From Chloroflexota bacterium (GTDB lineage Bacteria > Chloroflexota > UBA6077 > FW602-bin22 > JAMCYS01): a DNA stretch of 64,000 bases. Below, in pieces: positions 18,842-29,247 of this stretch (its first letter is position 1; every line of letters begins with the position of its first letter). Both the position numbers and the translations under genes were made by a program. Where the stretch lies: positions 39,035-103,034 of the forward strand of contig JAMCYS010000129.1 of the NCBI GenBank assembly GCA_023473795.1, in the 5' to 3' direction. The notes beneath the pieces were generated by a model. It was not told where the DNA came from. It was given only the letters and a program-made list of their open reading frames with translations, and made no database searches.

Positions 18842-19219
18842 CTAGCCGGCGATGAAGGCTTCGTAGTCCTCTGCTGAGAGCAGGCCGTCGACCTCTTGGG
18901 GATCGCTCATCTTGACCCGCAGCATCCAGGCATCTTCGTAGGGCGACTTGTTGACGATCTCCGGCTCGTTCAGCAGATTGTCGTTGACCGCGATGACCTC
19001 GCCGGTCACCGGCGCGTAAAGATCCGAGGCGGCCTTGACCGACTCGACCACGCCGAAGGTCTGATACTGGGTCACGGTGTCGCCCTTCTTCGGCAGCTCC
19101 AGGAAGACCACGTCGCCCAGCTCTGACTGGGCAAAGTCGGTAATGCCGACCACGGCAACGTCTCCTTCAGTCCTAACCCACTCGTGCTCCTTGGAGTACT
19201 TGAGGTCCTTGGGTACCAA
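18842..19219 (-). CDS. gcvH: Glycine cleavage system H protein
   Basis: [23 protein letters not shown], lipoyl-lysine motif [19 protein letters not shown]. Confidence 0.97.
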   Translation of the reverse strand: MVPKDLKYSKEHEWVRTEGDVAVVGITDFAQSELGDVVFLELPKKGDTVTQYQTFGVVESVKAASDLYAPVTGEVIAVNDNLLNEPEIVNKSPYEDAWMLRVKMSDPQEVDGLLSAEDYEAFIAG

Positions 19220-19291
19220 CTTCCTTCTCCTTCGCGCCGCCCTCGCGGCGGCTCAATGATGGGCCCGGCCGCGCAGCCGGGCCGAGCGCGG

Positions 19292-20398
19292 TCAAAACTC
19301 CAGGCGTTTGTGGCGCATGACGACGCTCTGCAAGAGACCAATGGCGAGCAGGGCCGTCGCCAGCGAGCTGCCGCCGAAGCTGACGAACGGCAAAGGCATG
19401 CCGACGACCGGCAGCAGGCGAACGTTCATGCCCACGTTCACAAACGCCTGGAACATTATATACGAGGCGATGCCTATCGCCAAAAAGCGCCCGAAGGCAT
19501 CCTGAGAGAGCGCCGCCACCCGCAGGCAGCGCCAGAGAAAGACGAGGAAAAGGCTGAGCAGCACCAGACAGCCGATGAAGCCGAACTCCTCCGCCAGCAC
19601 CGAAAAGATGAAGTCGGTATGGCGGACCCGCAGGAAGTGCAGCTGGCTCTGCGTACCACTGAGGTAGCCGCGCCCCCAGAGGCCGCCCGAGCCGATGCTG
19701 ATCAGCGCCTGGCGTATGTTGTAGTCTTCGTTCAGCGGATCCCCCGATCCTGGCGATAAGAACTGCATGACCCGGCCGCGCTGGTAGTCCGGCATCAGGA
19801 ACCAGAGGACCGGGCTGAGCGCGAGCGCGATCAGGATCAGGATGAGAATGTGGCGGATCCTGACGCCGGCGGCGAGCAACATACAGAACCAGATCACGAC
19901 CAACACCACCGCCGTGCCCAGGCTGGGCTGGGCCAGGATCAAGCCGGCGGGGGGCACGGCAATCAGCAGCGACCCCACCACATGGCGGAATTGCCCCATC
20001 TCGTTCTCGCGGCGCGCCAGGTATCTGGACAGGATGACGACGAGCGCCAGCTTGGCCAGCTCAGAGGGCTGCAGGGGAATGACCTTCAGATCAAGCCAGC
20101 GCTGAGCGCCGTAGCTCGATTGCCCGCCCACCAGAACCAAACCGAGGAGGCCGAGAACGGCTATGTAAGCCGGCCAGGCCAGGGTACTGAGCAGGCGGTA
20201 GTCGACGAAGATGGCCACCACCATCAGCAGCGTGCCTGCCGCGGCATAGGCCACCTGGCGATAGGTGGAATCATCCTTGGGCAGGCCCGGTTCGCCCCCC
20301 CAGGTGGCGCTATAGATCAGCGCCATCCCCACGCCCAGCAGCATGAAAGTGTTGAGCAGTAACAGGTAATCGAAGTGGCGCCAGAGCCGCAGCTGCAT
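19292..20398 (-). CDS. rodA: Rod shape-determining protein RodA (SEDS glycosyltransferase)
   Basis: GAQRWL, LQPSELAK, QPSLGTA, QALISIGSGGLWGRG, HTDFIFSVLAEEFG, GMPLPFVSFGGSS. Follows mrdA. Confidence 0.94.
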   Translation of the reverse strand: MQLRLWRHFDYLLLLNTFMLLGVGMALIYSATWGGEPGLPKDDSTYRQVAYAAAGTLLMVVAIFVDYRLLSTLAWPAYIAVLGLLGLVLVGGQSSYGAQRWLDLKVIPLQPSELAKLALVVILSRYLARRENEMGQFRHVVGSLLIAVPPAGLILAQPSLGTAVVLVVIWFCMLLAAGVRIRHILILILIALALSPVLWFLMPDYQRGRVMQFLSPGSGDPLNEDYNIRQALISIGSGGLWGRGYLSGTQSQLHFLRVRHTDFIFSVLAEEFGFIGCLVLLSLFLVFLWRCLRVAALSQDAFGRFLAIGIASYIMFQAFVNVGMNVRLLPVVGMPLPFVSFGGSSLATALLAIGLLQSVVMRHKRLEF

Positions 20399-20416
20399 GA
20401 CCTAAGTTGTCCGCTC

Positions 20417-22345
20417 CTAAGCCTTCTCGGCCGGAATCTTGAAATAGTAGCGCATGATGTCGGCGACCAAATGGGCGGCGTGCTGGGGCCCCTTGCCGTT
20501 CTGCACGAAGACCAAGACGGCGATTTCCGGCTTCTTGTAGGGCGCGTAGCCGACGAACCAACCGTGGGTGTCGTATTGCCCCTTCTCGTTGAGCACCGAC
20601 TCGGCCGTACCGGTCTTGCCGGCGATCTCCACGCCCTTGACCTCGGAGTCCCAGGCGGTGCCCCAGTAGTCGGCGCCATACCGCGTCTTGCCGTAGAGCA
20701 TGTTGGCTCGCAGCCCCTCGCGCACGGCCGCCAGATGCTGCTTCTCGACCGGCAGCTCGCGAATGACTTCCGGACGGAAGGGGCGCACGACCTTGCCATC
20801 CCCGTCGCGAATCTCCATCACCAATTGCGGCCGGTAGAGTGTGCCGTCGTTGGCAATGGCCGACAACGCCTGCAGCATCTGCAAGGGAGTAACCTGCAGG
20901 AAACTCTGCCCGATGCCCATGATGTAGGTGTCGCCGCGGTACCACTGCTCCTTGATGTTCTCCAGTTTCCACTGAGGGTCGGGAACCAGGCCGCCCACCT
21001 CGCCTGGAAGGTCGATGCCCGACGGGCTTCCCAGACCAAAGGCGCGGCAATAGTCGGCCAGACGCTCCGGTCCCAGGCCGGGCCAACGGTCGTGCGGCTC
21101 ACCGCCGGCCAGGTGATAGAAGTAGGTATCACAGGAGTTGGCCAGCCCAGCCACCAAGTCCTGATTGCCGTGCGCGGCCCAGCACTTCAAGTAGGCGCCG
21201 CCACCATAAGCGCCGGGCAGGAACATTCCGCCCGGGCAGTTGATGATCGTGGAGGGCGTGACCACCCCGGCCTGCAGCGAGCCGCAGGAACTGACGATTT
21301 TGAAGGTCGAGCCGGGTGGAAAGGCACTTGAAATTGCCTTGTTGATCAGCGGGAAATAGGGCGTACTAAGGAGGTCATTCAGGTCCCGTTCGGAAATGCC
21401 GCGGGCAAAGAGGTTGTTGTCGTAGGTCGGGAGGTCGACCATAGCCAGAATTTGGCCGTTGTTCGGATTCATGGCGATGCCGGTGATCGCGCCCCAGTTC
21501 TTGATACCTTTGACAAGGATGTCGCTCACCGCACGCTGCAGCTCCAAGTCGAGGCTCAGAACTAGATTGTGGCCCGGCTGAGCTTCGACGGAACTGACGA
21601 CCCCGACCTCCCGTTCGCTGCTATCGACTTCGAACAGCTTCTCTCCGGGCAGGCCACGCAACTCGTCCTCGTAGATCAGCTCCAAGCCGGTCTGGCCAAT
21701 CTGGTCGTTGGCGTCATAGCGGCGTTGGCTGTCGTTCTTTCGCGCCTCGTACTGCTCTTCGCTGATCCGCCCTATGTAGCCAACGATGTGGGAGGCCAGA
21801 GGACCGTCGCGATATTCACGGGTGGGCTCGACCACCACGGTCACCCCTGGCAGATCGAGGTGGCTTTCCTCGATGCGAAAGGCGATCTCCGTCGAGACCT
21901 GAGCCTTGATGGGAACCGGGGTATACTCCCCCACTTTCAACCGGTTCTTGTCGAAAGTGGTCCGCACTTTGGTCGCGCTCATTGCCAGCAAGCTGCCCAG
22001 CTTCGCGAAGACCGTCTTCTGCTGCGCGTCGGGCAGTGCGGCCGGCACGATGGCGACGGTGTAGCTGGGCACGTTACGCACGAGGAGGACGCCGTTGCGA
22101 TCGTACATGACGCCGCGAGGGGCTTTGACTGCGCTCTGGCGGAGGCGGTTCTCGTCGGCGAACTGGCGGTATTGCGAGCCCGAAACGACCTGCAGCTGCC
22201 ATAACTGGCGGACGACCAGGCCGACGCCGACCAATGAGGCGAACTTGAAGAGGAAGAGACGCCTGGACAGCCGAACCGACTGCCCAGACTGCTCTTCGTC
22301 GTCTTCTTCGCCTACCTCGCCAAAGTCGCGGGGATCTTCGTCCAT
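20417..22345 (-). CDS. mrdA: Penicillin-binding protein 2
   Basis: APRGVMYDRNG, PGSTFK (SxxK), NSCDTYFY, GKTGTAE (KTG). Coupled with rodA. Confidence 0.93.
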   Translation of the reverse strand: MDEDPRDFGEVGEEDDEEQSGQSVRLSRRLFLFKFASLVGVGLVVRQLWQLQVVSGSQYRQFADENRLRQSAVKAPRGVMYDRNGVLLVRNVPSYTVAIVPAALPDAQQKTVFAKLGSLLAMSATKVRTTFDKNRLKVGEYTPVPIKAQVSTEIAFRIEESHLDLPGVTVVVEPTREYRDGPLASHIVGYIGRISEEQYEARKNDSQRRYDANDQIGQTGLELIYEDELRGLPGEKLFEVDSSEREVGVVSSVEAQPGHNLVLSLDLELQRAVSDILVKGIKNWGAITGIAMNPNNGQILAMVDLPTYDNNLFARGISERDLNDLLSTPYFPLINKAISSAFPPGSTFKIVSSCGSLQAGVVTPSTIINCPGGMFLPGAYGGGAYLKCWAAHGNQDLVAGLANSCDTYFYHLAGGEPHDRWPGLGPERLADYCRAFGLGSPSGIDLPGEVGGLVPDPQWKLENIKEQWYRGDTYIMGIGQSFLQVTPLQMLQALSAIANDGTLYRPQLVMEIRDGDGKVVRPFRPEVIRELPVEKQHLAAVREGLRANMLYGKTRYGADYWGTAWDSEVKGVEIAGKTGTAESVLNEKGQYDTHGWFVGYAPYKKPEIAVLVFVQNGKGPQHAAHLVADIMRYYFKIPAEKA

Positions 22346-22351
22346 CTGCCT

Positions 22352-23572
22352 TTAGTCGAGCTTATCCAGCTCGAAGGTGCTATGCAGGGCAGCCACAGCC
22401 CTGGCTACCTGTTCGCGCTCCACCACGCAGGTAATCCGGATCTGGCTGGTCGTGATCATCTCGATGTTGATGCCGTGCTCGGCCAGAGCGCGGAACATGG
22501 TGGCCGCGTGGCCAGGGACGTTCTCAATGCCACTGCCCACGATTGAGACCTTGCCGACGTTGTCCCCCGAGACTACCTTGCGCGCGCCCAGGTCGTGGGC
22601 TACCGGACCGGTGATGCCCAGAGCCTTGCTCAGGTCTTGGCGGGAGACGGTGAAGGAGACGTCCGCCAGTCCTTCCACGCCCGCGTTCTGCACGATCGTG
22701 CTCACGTTCACGCCCGCCTCTGCCAGGGGAGTAAACAGGCGGCTGGCGACCCCCGGCCGGTCGGGCACCCCCTGCACGGTGATCTTGGCCACGTCCAGAT
22801 CGTGGGCAATGCCGCGAACCTTGTTCTTCCTCTCCACCAGTTCACCCCCGTGAATGAGCGTCCCCGGCCGGCCATTGAAACTACACCGGACCATGATCGG
22901 CATATTGTAGACTGCGCCCAATTCCACCGCCCGGGGATGCATTACCCGGGCGCCCTGCTGGGCCAGTTCGAGCATCTCTTCGAAGGAGATGTCGCGCAGT
23001 TGGCGCGCGCCCGGCACCAGCCGCGGGTCGGCGGTGAGAACCCCGTCGACGTCCGTGTAGATCTCACACAGGTCGGCTTTCAGACCGGCAGCCAGCGCTA
23101 CGGCGGTCGTGTCGGAACCGCCACGGCCCAGAGTGGTGATGTCCAGGTCTTCGGTGATGCCCTGGAAGCCCGCGACGATGACTATCTTGCCACACTCCAA
23201 CTCGCGGTGGATACGGGCGGGCTCGAAGGCGATGATGCTGGCCCGCCTGTGGGCCGTGTCGGTCATTATTCCCGCCTGGCCGCCGGTCAGAGAGATCGCC
23301 TCCGCACCCAACGAGCGCAGAGCCATCGCCAGCAGAGTAATCGACACCACCTCGCCGGTGGAGAGCAGCATGTCTAGCTCGCGGTCGCTCGGGTTGTCGG
23401 TAACCTGTTTGGCGAGCGCAATTAGCTCGTCGGTAGTGTGGCCCATGGCCGAGACCACCACCACCACCCGATTGCCCTTGTCACGAGCGCTCTTGACCCG
23501 CTGGGCGACCTTCTTGATCCGCTCGGCCGAGCCGACCGAGGTGCCGCCGTACTTATGGACGATGAGGGCCAT
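22352..23572 (-). CDS. lysC: Aspartate kinase
   Basis: MALIVHKYGGTSVGS, VVVVSAMGHTTDEL, TTLGRGGSDTTA, YTDVDGVLTADPR, two ACT domains. Confidence 0.96.
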   Translation of the reverse strand: MALIVHKYGGTSVGSAERIKKVAQRVKSARDKGNRVVVVVSAMGHTTDELIALAKQVTDNPSDRELDMLLSTGEVVSITLLAMALRSLGAEAISLTGGQAGIMTDTAHRRASIIAFEPARIHRELECGKIVIVAGFQGITEDLDITTLGRGGSDTTAVALAAGLKADLCEIYTDVDGVLTADPRLVPGARQLRDISFEEMLELAQQGARVMHPRAVELGAVYNMPIMVRCSFNGRPGTLIHGGELVERKNKVRGIAHDLDVAKITVQGVPDRPGVASRLFTPLAEAGVNVSTIVQNAGVEGLADVSFTVSRQDLSKALGITGPVAHDLGARKVVSGDNVGKVSIVGSGIENVPGHAATMFRALAEHGINIEMITTSQIRITCVVEREQVARAVAALHSTFELDKLD

Positions 23573-23655
23573 ATCTTCCCCCCACAATAGCGATAGGCGA
23601 GGCCGGCACGGCCGCCTCGCTGACTGTGACTGCCTAAAGGCCGGCGAAGCCCGGG

Positions 23656-24726
23656 CTAGCCCAGGCCCAGCAGGCTCTCCACCGCCTCGAGCTCGGCCGG
23701 GGCCTCGGTTACGCCCGGGCTGTGCTTGAGGGCAGTATCAGGGTCCTTCAATCCGTGTCCGGTGAGAACGCAGACCACCCGCTGGCCGCGAAAATCCGCC
23801 CGCCCCTCCCGCGCCAGGCGCAGCACGCCGGCGACGGAGGCCGCTGAGGCCGGCTCGACAAAAATGCCCTCCTCGCGGGCAAGCTTCTGGTAGGCCTCGA
23901 CTATCTGGGCATCGCTCACCGTGTCGATGCGACCCCCCGATTCGTCCCGAGCGGCCACGGCGCTACGCCAGCTGGCCGGGTTGCCGATGCGGATCGCGGT
24001 AGCCAGCGTCTCCGGGCGCTCCACGATCCGATTGTACACGATAGGCGCCGCTCCCTCCGCCTCGAAGCCGAACATCCTGGGCAACCCCTCCACCAGGCCG
24101 GCCGCGTGGTACTCACGAAAGCCCTTCCAGTAGGCGGTGATGTTGCCCGCATTGCCGACCGGGATCGCCAGTATCTCCGGCGCCTCGCCCAGGTCGTCGC
24201 AGACCTCGAAGGCGGCCGTCTTCTGGCCCTCGATGCGGTGGGGATTGACGGAGTTCACCAGCACGATGGGGTGCTTGGACGTCAGCTCGCGCACGATGCG
24301 CAGCGAGTCGTCGAAGTTGCCGGCGATGGCGATGGCCCTGGCGCCGAAAGCGAGCGCCTGCGCCATCTTGCCCAAAGCGATCTTGCCGCCGGGCAAGACG
24401 ACGATACATTCCAGGCCGCTGTGAGCGGCGTAGGCGGCGGCCGACGCGCTGGTGTTGCCGGTAGAGGCGCACATCACGGCCCGGGCGCCCGCTTCCAGAG
24501 CCTTGGCCACCGCCACCACCATCCCCCGATCTTTGAAGGAGCCGGTGGGGTTGCAGGCCTCCAACTTGAAGTACAGTTCCTCGCAGCCCAGCTCGCGGTA
24601 TAGGCGCGCGGAGCGCACCAGCGGCGTATCGCCCTCCCCCAACGTCAGCGGGGGCGTCTTTTCGGTCAGCGGCAACCACCTGGCATAGTGCGCCAGGACG
24701 CCGCGCTCGCGTGCCTTGGTCCTCAA
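23656..24726 (-). CDS. thrC: Threonine synthase
   Basis: [12 protein letters not shown]-site [51 protein letters not shown]. Confidence 0.96.
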   Translation of the reverse strand: MRTKARERGVLAHYARWLPLTEKTPPLTLGEGDTPLVRSARLYRELGCEELYFKLEACNPTGSFKDRGMVVAVAKALEAGARAVMCASTGNTSASAAAYAAHSGLECIVVLPGGKIALGKMAQALAFGARAIAIAGNFDDSLRIVRELTSKHPIVLVNSVNPHRIEGQKTAAFEVCDDLGEAPEILAIPVGNAGNITAYWKGFREYHAAGLVEGLPRMFGFEAEGAAPIVYNRIVERPETLATAIRIGNPASWRSAVAARDESGGRIDTVSDAQIVEAYQKLAREEGIFVEPASAASVAGVLRLAREGRADFRGQRVVCVLTGHGLKDPDTALKHSPGVTEAPAELEAVESLLGLG

Positions 24727-26006
24727 CTCTTCGTCTGCCTCGCCCTTTCCTGCGTCTCTCTGATCTGCTGCTCCAGCTCGACAATCTCGCGCTGCTTGTG
24801 TTCGGCGTCGAGACGCTCGAGCTCCTGCACCCGCGCGGAGAGCCGCCGGCCCTGCTCGCCCAGGTCGCGCTCTATCTGCTCGGCACGGCTGTCGTGCGCC
24901 CGCTTCGTGCTCGCTAGATCCATAGCCACTTCATCGGCCCGGCGCAGGGTGGCCTCGTCCTGGCTCTCCAGGCCAACGATCACCCTCAGGATGGTTTCGA
25001 CTCTCTCTTTCTCGGACCGCAGCCGGCCATCCACCGCCTGCAACTGCTCGTTCACTCGGTCCAATCGGTCCATCAGGTTGTGGTAGAAGCCGACTAGCTC
25101 GTCCACCCGGCCGCCCTGCTTGGCCACATCGGCGCTCAGCTCATCTGCCGCTTCCCGAGCGATAGCCTGCTGTGCTTCCTGATCGGCCAACCTGTTGCTC
25201 TGGCCGGTCAGGCGCTCGCGTTCCTCGCCCGCCAGGCGACGCACCTCGGCCAGCTCATCCTTGAAAGCAGGCAGCAGCTTAGCGTTGGCCTCCTTCTGGA
25301 GGGCCACCTCTTCGGCCTGAAGGCGCCACTCCTCCATCTGCTGCTGCCATTCGGAGAGCTGGCGGGTCCAGCGTACCTCGGAAAGCCGCTGCCAGTCGGT
25401 GAAGCGATTCTGTTCGGCCACCAACCGCTCGCTCTGCCGAGACAATTCCGCCAGATGGGTATCGCGGTGGCGCAGGCCATCCTCAACCAGGCCGAGTTGG
25501 TCCGCCAGGGATTGCGCCCGCTTGGCAACCAGGCTCAGCTCCTGCTGCAAACCCGGCACGTTGCCCTTGTCGCGCCGCGACTCCTCCGCCAGCAGCACCA
25601 GCCGACCCTTCATCAGCTCGACTTCGTGCGCCATGTCCGTGATCTTGCTCTGCAGCTCCACCACGATTCGCCGGTCGCGCTCGGCCTCGACCGCCTGCGT
25701 CTGGCCCGCTCTGGTACCCGCCCGCTCGTGCTCCTCTCGCCACTGCTGCAGAGTCGCCAACGCCTCGCGCAACAAGCGGATCGCCTCGTCCGTACGCGCC
25801 GAGCTGGCGAGCTGGCCTTTCGTCGTGCGCAGGTCGCCCTCGGCCACCTCAAGCCGGCCCAGCAGCTCCCTGTAGCGGCCGGCTATCTGATCGAGCGCGG
25901 TCTGCACTCGCTGCAGCTCTACCTTGTCGCGGCGGCGTTCCTCTTCCAGCCAAGCCAAGACCTGGAGGGCCTGTGGCAAGTCCCTGGGGCCAGTGTCCGA
26001 CTGCAT
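24723..26006 (-). CDS. Uncharacterised long coiled-coil protein (427 aa)
   Basis: Start re-chosen at MQSDTG (AAGGAG upstream). E/Q/R/L-rich heptad pattern throughout, few Pro/Gly, no catalytic motif seen. Confidence 0.8.
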   Translation of the reverse strand: MQSDTGPRDLPQALQVLAWLEEERRRDKVELQRVQTALDQIAGRYRELLGRLEVAEGDLRTTKGQLASSARTDEAIRLLREALATLQQWREEHERAGTRAGQTQAVEAERDRRIVVELQSKITDMAHEVELMKGRLVLLAEESRRDKGNVPGLQQELSLVAKRAQSLADQLGLVEDGLRHRDTHLAELSRQSERLVAEQNRFTDWQRLSEVRWTRQLSEWQQQMEEWRLQAEEVALQKEANAKLLPAFKDELAEVRRLAGEERERLTGQSNRLADQEAQQAIAREAADELSADVAKQGGRVDELVGFYHNLMDRLDRVNEQLQAVDGRLRSEKERVETILRVIVGLESQDEATLRRADEVAMDLASTKRAHDSRAEQIERDLGEQGRRLSARVQELERLDAEHKQREIVELEQQIRETQERARQTKS

Positions 26007-26038
26007 AGTGGGCTCCTTCGGGTCCGAAGCGGGCACGG

Positions 26039-27259
26039 TCACGGCGCGACCGGCAGTGTAGCGGCAAGGCGACCTGTGGCGGACAGGCGCCGCTGGGTAG
26101 CAGGCCAGGCTGTGGGTTCTGCCGCCCTCACCAGGAAGGCCTCCGCGCCGCCGGCCGCGCGGTGGCCCAGGATTTCCAGACCGGCGTCGTGGAGCAAGCC
26201 GCGAGCGTCCTCGGCCGGGGCTAAGCGCAGGTAATAGTGTGTCGCCGTGGCAGGCACCGCCCGCACCACGGTCCCGGCCAGCGGTAGGGGAGAGCGCTCG
26301 CCGCGTGCCACGGCGACGACGTCACCCAAAATGGCGCTCGTCGTGGGCGCGGGGCCGGCGCCCCGACCGTAGAATAGGGTGTCGCCGACCAGGTCGCCCT
26401 GCACCTGCACGGCGTTGAAGACGCCATTGACGACTGCCAGCGGACTGGTCAGCGGCACCAGCGTGGGTTCGACCCCGGCCTCGACCGCGCCCGCCAGCGG
26501 CCGCACCGTCGCCAGCAACTTGACCGCGTAGCCGAACTGCCCGGCAAAACGCAGGTCTGCCGCCGTCAGGCGCGTGATTCCTTGGCAGGGTACGTCCTCT
26601 GGCTGAGGCCAGGCTGCAAAAGCCAAGCCGGAGAGCACGCAGAGCTTGTAGCGAGCGTCGAAGCCCTCGACGTCGTTCGTGGGGTCCGGCTCGGCGTAAC
26701 CGAGGGCCTGCGCTTCGGCCAAGACAGCGGCAAAGTCGCGCCCCTTCTCCACCATTTCAGTGAGGATGTAGTTCGTCGTGCCGTTGACGATGCCGCGCAC
26801 CCGCGACACGCGGTTGGCGACCAGGCTCTTGCGTATGGCGGCGATGATGGGGATGCCGCCGCCAACGCTGGCTTCACAGGCCAGTTCTAGGCCTCGCTCG
26901 CGGGCCAGGGCGAAGAGCTCGGCGCCGTGTTTGGCCAGGAGTTCCTTGTTGGCCGTGACCACGTGTTGGCCGGACAGCAGGGCCTGCTTCACCAGCTCGT
27001 AAGCCGGGTGCTCGCCTCCCAACACCTCGACGACTATGCCAATCCGAGGGTCGCCTACAACCTCCCGCGGGTCGGTTGTCAGCAGGTCGGGCGGCACGCC
27101 GGGATGGGGTTTGGCCAGGTCGCGCACCAGCGCCTTGCCGACGACGACCGCGCGACCGACGCGCTCGGCCAGCAAGTCCGACTGGCCGGCGAGCGCCTGC
27201 CAGACGCCGCCGCCGATGGTGCCCAAACCAAGCAAGCCCAAGACCACGGGCTCAGACAA
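26039..27259 (-). CDS. hom: Homoserine dehydrogenase
   Basis: GLLGLGTIGGG, VVTANKELLA, EASVGGGIPII, GIVNGTTNYIL, AEPDPTNDVEG, GAGPAPTTSAI. Confidence 0.96.
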   Translation of the reverse strand: MSEPVVLGLLGLGTIGGGVWQALAGQSDLLAERVGRAVVVGKALVRDLAKPHPGVPPDLLTTDPREVVGDPRIGIVVEVLGGEHPAYELVKQALLSGQHVVTANKELLAKHGAELFALARERGLELACEASVGGGIPIIAAIRKSLVANRVSRVRGIVNGTTNYILTEMVEKGRDFAAVLAEAQALGYAEPDPTNDVEGFDARYKLCVLSGLAFAAWPQPEDVPCQGITRLTAADLRFAGQFGYAVKLLATVRPLAGAVEAGVEPTLVPLTSPLAVVNGVFNAVQVQGDLVGDTLFYGRGAGPAPTTSAILGDVVAVARGERSPLPLAGTVVRAVPATATHYYLRLAPAEDARGLLHDAGLEILGHRAAGGAEAFLVRAAEPTAWPATQRRLSATGRLAATLPVAP

Positions 27260-27291
27260 GCTACCACACCTCCTACCGCAAGGGCAGGGGC

Positions 27292-27320
27292 ATTATATCG
27301 ACAGGGCAGGGGCGATGCAA
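27292..27320 (-). promoter_or_regulatory. Sigma70-type promoter for the hom operon (divergent pair)
   Basis: Minus strand TTGCAT-N17-TATAAT. Confidence 0.6.
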
Positions 27321-27374
27321 CCCGTAGGAGCCCAGCTTACGGCAGGTTCGGGCGACAAGCGGACGCTCCGGCCG

Positions 27375-27403
27375 TTGCAGGGCGGCTGGCCGTAGCATAT
27401 AAT
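27375..27403 (+). promoter_or_regulatory. Sigma70-type promoter for rplI-dnaB
   Basis: TTGCAG-N17-TATAAT about 40 nt upstream of rplI. Confidence 0.65.
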
Positions 27404-27442
27404 CAGAAAGCCACTTCGTTTGGGAAAGGTAGGTAGACATAG

Positions 27443-27889
27443 ATGAAGGTTCTGCTCATCGCCGACGTCAAGGACTTGGGCAAGACGGGAGAGATTCATA
27501 CCGTGGCCGATGGCTATGCCCGCAACTATCTCATCCCGCACCGCCTGGCGGTGACGGCGACGGAGCAGAATATCGCCCAGGCCAACCAGCAGCGCGCGGC
27601 CGAGCAGCGCCGGGCCGAGAAGCAGGCCAACCAGGCGCAGGACCTGGCCAAGCGGATCGACGGCACGGAAGTGCGCTTCCCCGCTCACGTCGGCGAGCAA
27701 GACCGTCTCTACGGTTCGATCACTTCGGCCGACATCGCCGACGAACTGGCGCGCAAGATCGGCCAGCAGATCGACCGGCATCACATAGAATTGGTGGAAC
27801 CCATTCGGGAACTGGGTACCTTCGAGGTGCCGATTAGGTTGGGCAAGGGCGCGATTGCCAAGGTAACCGTAATTGTCGAGAGGGGCTAG
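27443..27889 (+). CDS. rplI: 50S ribosomal protein L9
   Basis: MKVLLIADVKDLGKTGE, VADGYARNYLIP, LYGSIT, PIRELG. Confidence 0.97.
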   Translation: MKVLLIADVKDLGKTGEIHTVADGYARNYLIPHRLAVTATEQNIAQANQQRAAEQRRAEKQANQAQDLAKRIDGTEVRFPAHVGEQDRLYGSITSADIADELARKIGQQIDRHHIELVEPIRELGTFEVPIRLGKGAIAKVTVIVERG

Positions 27890-29230
27890 GTGTTAGCCGA
27901 GCGCGAAGAGCGGCTGCCACCACACAATCTAGAGGCCGAAGAAGCGGTGCTCGGCTCGATTCTCATCGACGGGGACACGATCGGCCACGTAGCGACTTTC
28001 CTGCACGACACCGATTTCTATCGGGAGCGCAATCGCCAGGTCTTCGCGGCTGCCCTCAACCTGTACGACCGCCGCGAGCCCACTGATATACTGACCCTCA
28101 AGGACGAGCTGGAGCGCCAGGGCAAGCTGGAAGAGGTGGGCGGTGCCGCCTACCTAGCCAGCCTCTCAGCCAACGTTCCTACCTCCATTCACGCCGAGTT
28201 CTATGCTCGCATAGTCGAGCGCACGGCGATCCTGCGCCGACTGATCGGCGCCGCGGGCCAGATAGCCGCCCTGGGCTACGAGCCGACGGAGGATGTGGAC
28301 TCGGCCCTCGACCGGGCCGAGCAGGTCCTGTTCTCAGTGTCCCAGCGCCGGCAGAGCAAGGACTTCGTCTCCCTGCACGACGCTCTCAAGGACTACTTCG
28401 CCACCATCGACTTCCTGCACGAGCACAAAGGTGAGGTCGTCGGCGTGCCCACTGGGTTCCGTGACCTCGACCAGATGACCGGCGGGCTGCACGCCTCGGA
28501 CCTGATCATCATCGCCGGGAGGCCGTCGGTGGGTAAGACCAGCTTCGTGTTGACCATTGCCCATCAGGCGGCCGTGAAGGCGCAGGTGCCGGTGGCCATC
28601 TTCAGCCTCGAGATGTCGGTGGAGCAGCTCGTCCAACGCCTGGTCTGCGCCGAAGCGGCCGTCGACGCCCACCGCTTGCGCACCGGCTTCATCGACGAGT
28701 ACGAGTGGCACCGCATCAGCCACGCCTTCGGCGTGCTCTCCGAGGCGCCGGTCTACATCGACGACACGGCAAACATCACGACGCTCGAGTTGCGCGCCAA
28801 GGCCCGACGGATGAAGGTGGAGCACAACATCCAGCTGCTGATCGTAGACTACCTGCAGTTGATGCAGGGGCGCGGCCTGGAGAACCGGGTGCAGGAGGTC
28901 TCGGAGATTTCGCGTGGTCTCAAAGGCCTGGCCAGGGAACTCGACGTGCCCGTGATCGCCCTCTCCCAACTCTCCCGTGCCGTGGAGTCCCGTCAGGATC
29001 ACCGCCCCGTGCTTAGCGACTTGCGCGAGTCGGGCAGTATCGAGCAGGACGCCGATATCGTGATGTTCATCCACCGCGAGGAACTGTACAAGAAGGATAC
29101 GGAGCGTAAGAACATCGCCGACGTGCTCGTGGCCAAGCACCGCAACGGACCCATTGGCGACATCTCCCTGCGCTTCTTCCCGGCCCAGACCCGCTTCGCC
29201 GACCTGGAACGCTTCCTCCAGCCCGAGTAG
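27890..29230 (+). CDS. dnaB: Replicative DNA helicase
   Basis: PPHNLEAEEAVLG, AGRPSVGKT, FSLEM, VDYLQLM, ALSQLSRAVE, SDLRESGSIEQDAD, KHRNGP. No intein seen. Confidence 0.97.
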   Translation: MLAEREERLPPHNLEAEEAVLGSILIDGDTIGHVATFLHDTDFYRERNRQVFAAALNLYDRREPTDILTLKDELERQGKLEEVGGAAYLASLSANVPTSIHAEFYARIVERTAILRRLIGAAGQIAALGYEPTEDVDSALDRAEQVLFSVSQRRQSKDFVSLHDALKDYFATIDFLHEHKGEVVGVPTGFRDLDQMTGGLHASDLIIIAGRPSVGKTSFVLTIAHQAAVKAQVPVAIFSLEMSVEQLVQRLVCAEAAVDAHRLRTGFIDEYEWHRISHAFGVLSEAPVYIDDTANITTLELRAKARRMKVEHNIQLLIVDYLQLMQGRGLENRVQEVSEISRGLKGLARELDVPVIALSQLSRAVESRQDHRPVLSDLRESGSIEQDADIVMFIHREELYKKDTERKNIADVLVAKHRNGPIGDISLRFFPAQTRFADLERFLQPE

Positions 29231-29247
29231 GCACAAGAAGGAAGGCG

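Noticed and set aside
22240-22275. SRRLFLFK in PBP2 resembling a Tat signal
   Set aside because: Basic RR residues before the signal-anchor are common in MrdA proteins, so this alone does not support Tat export.
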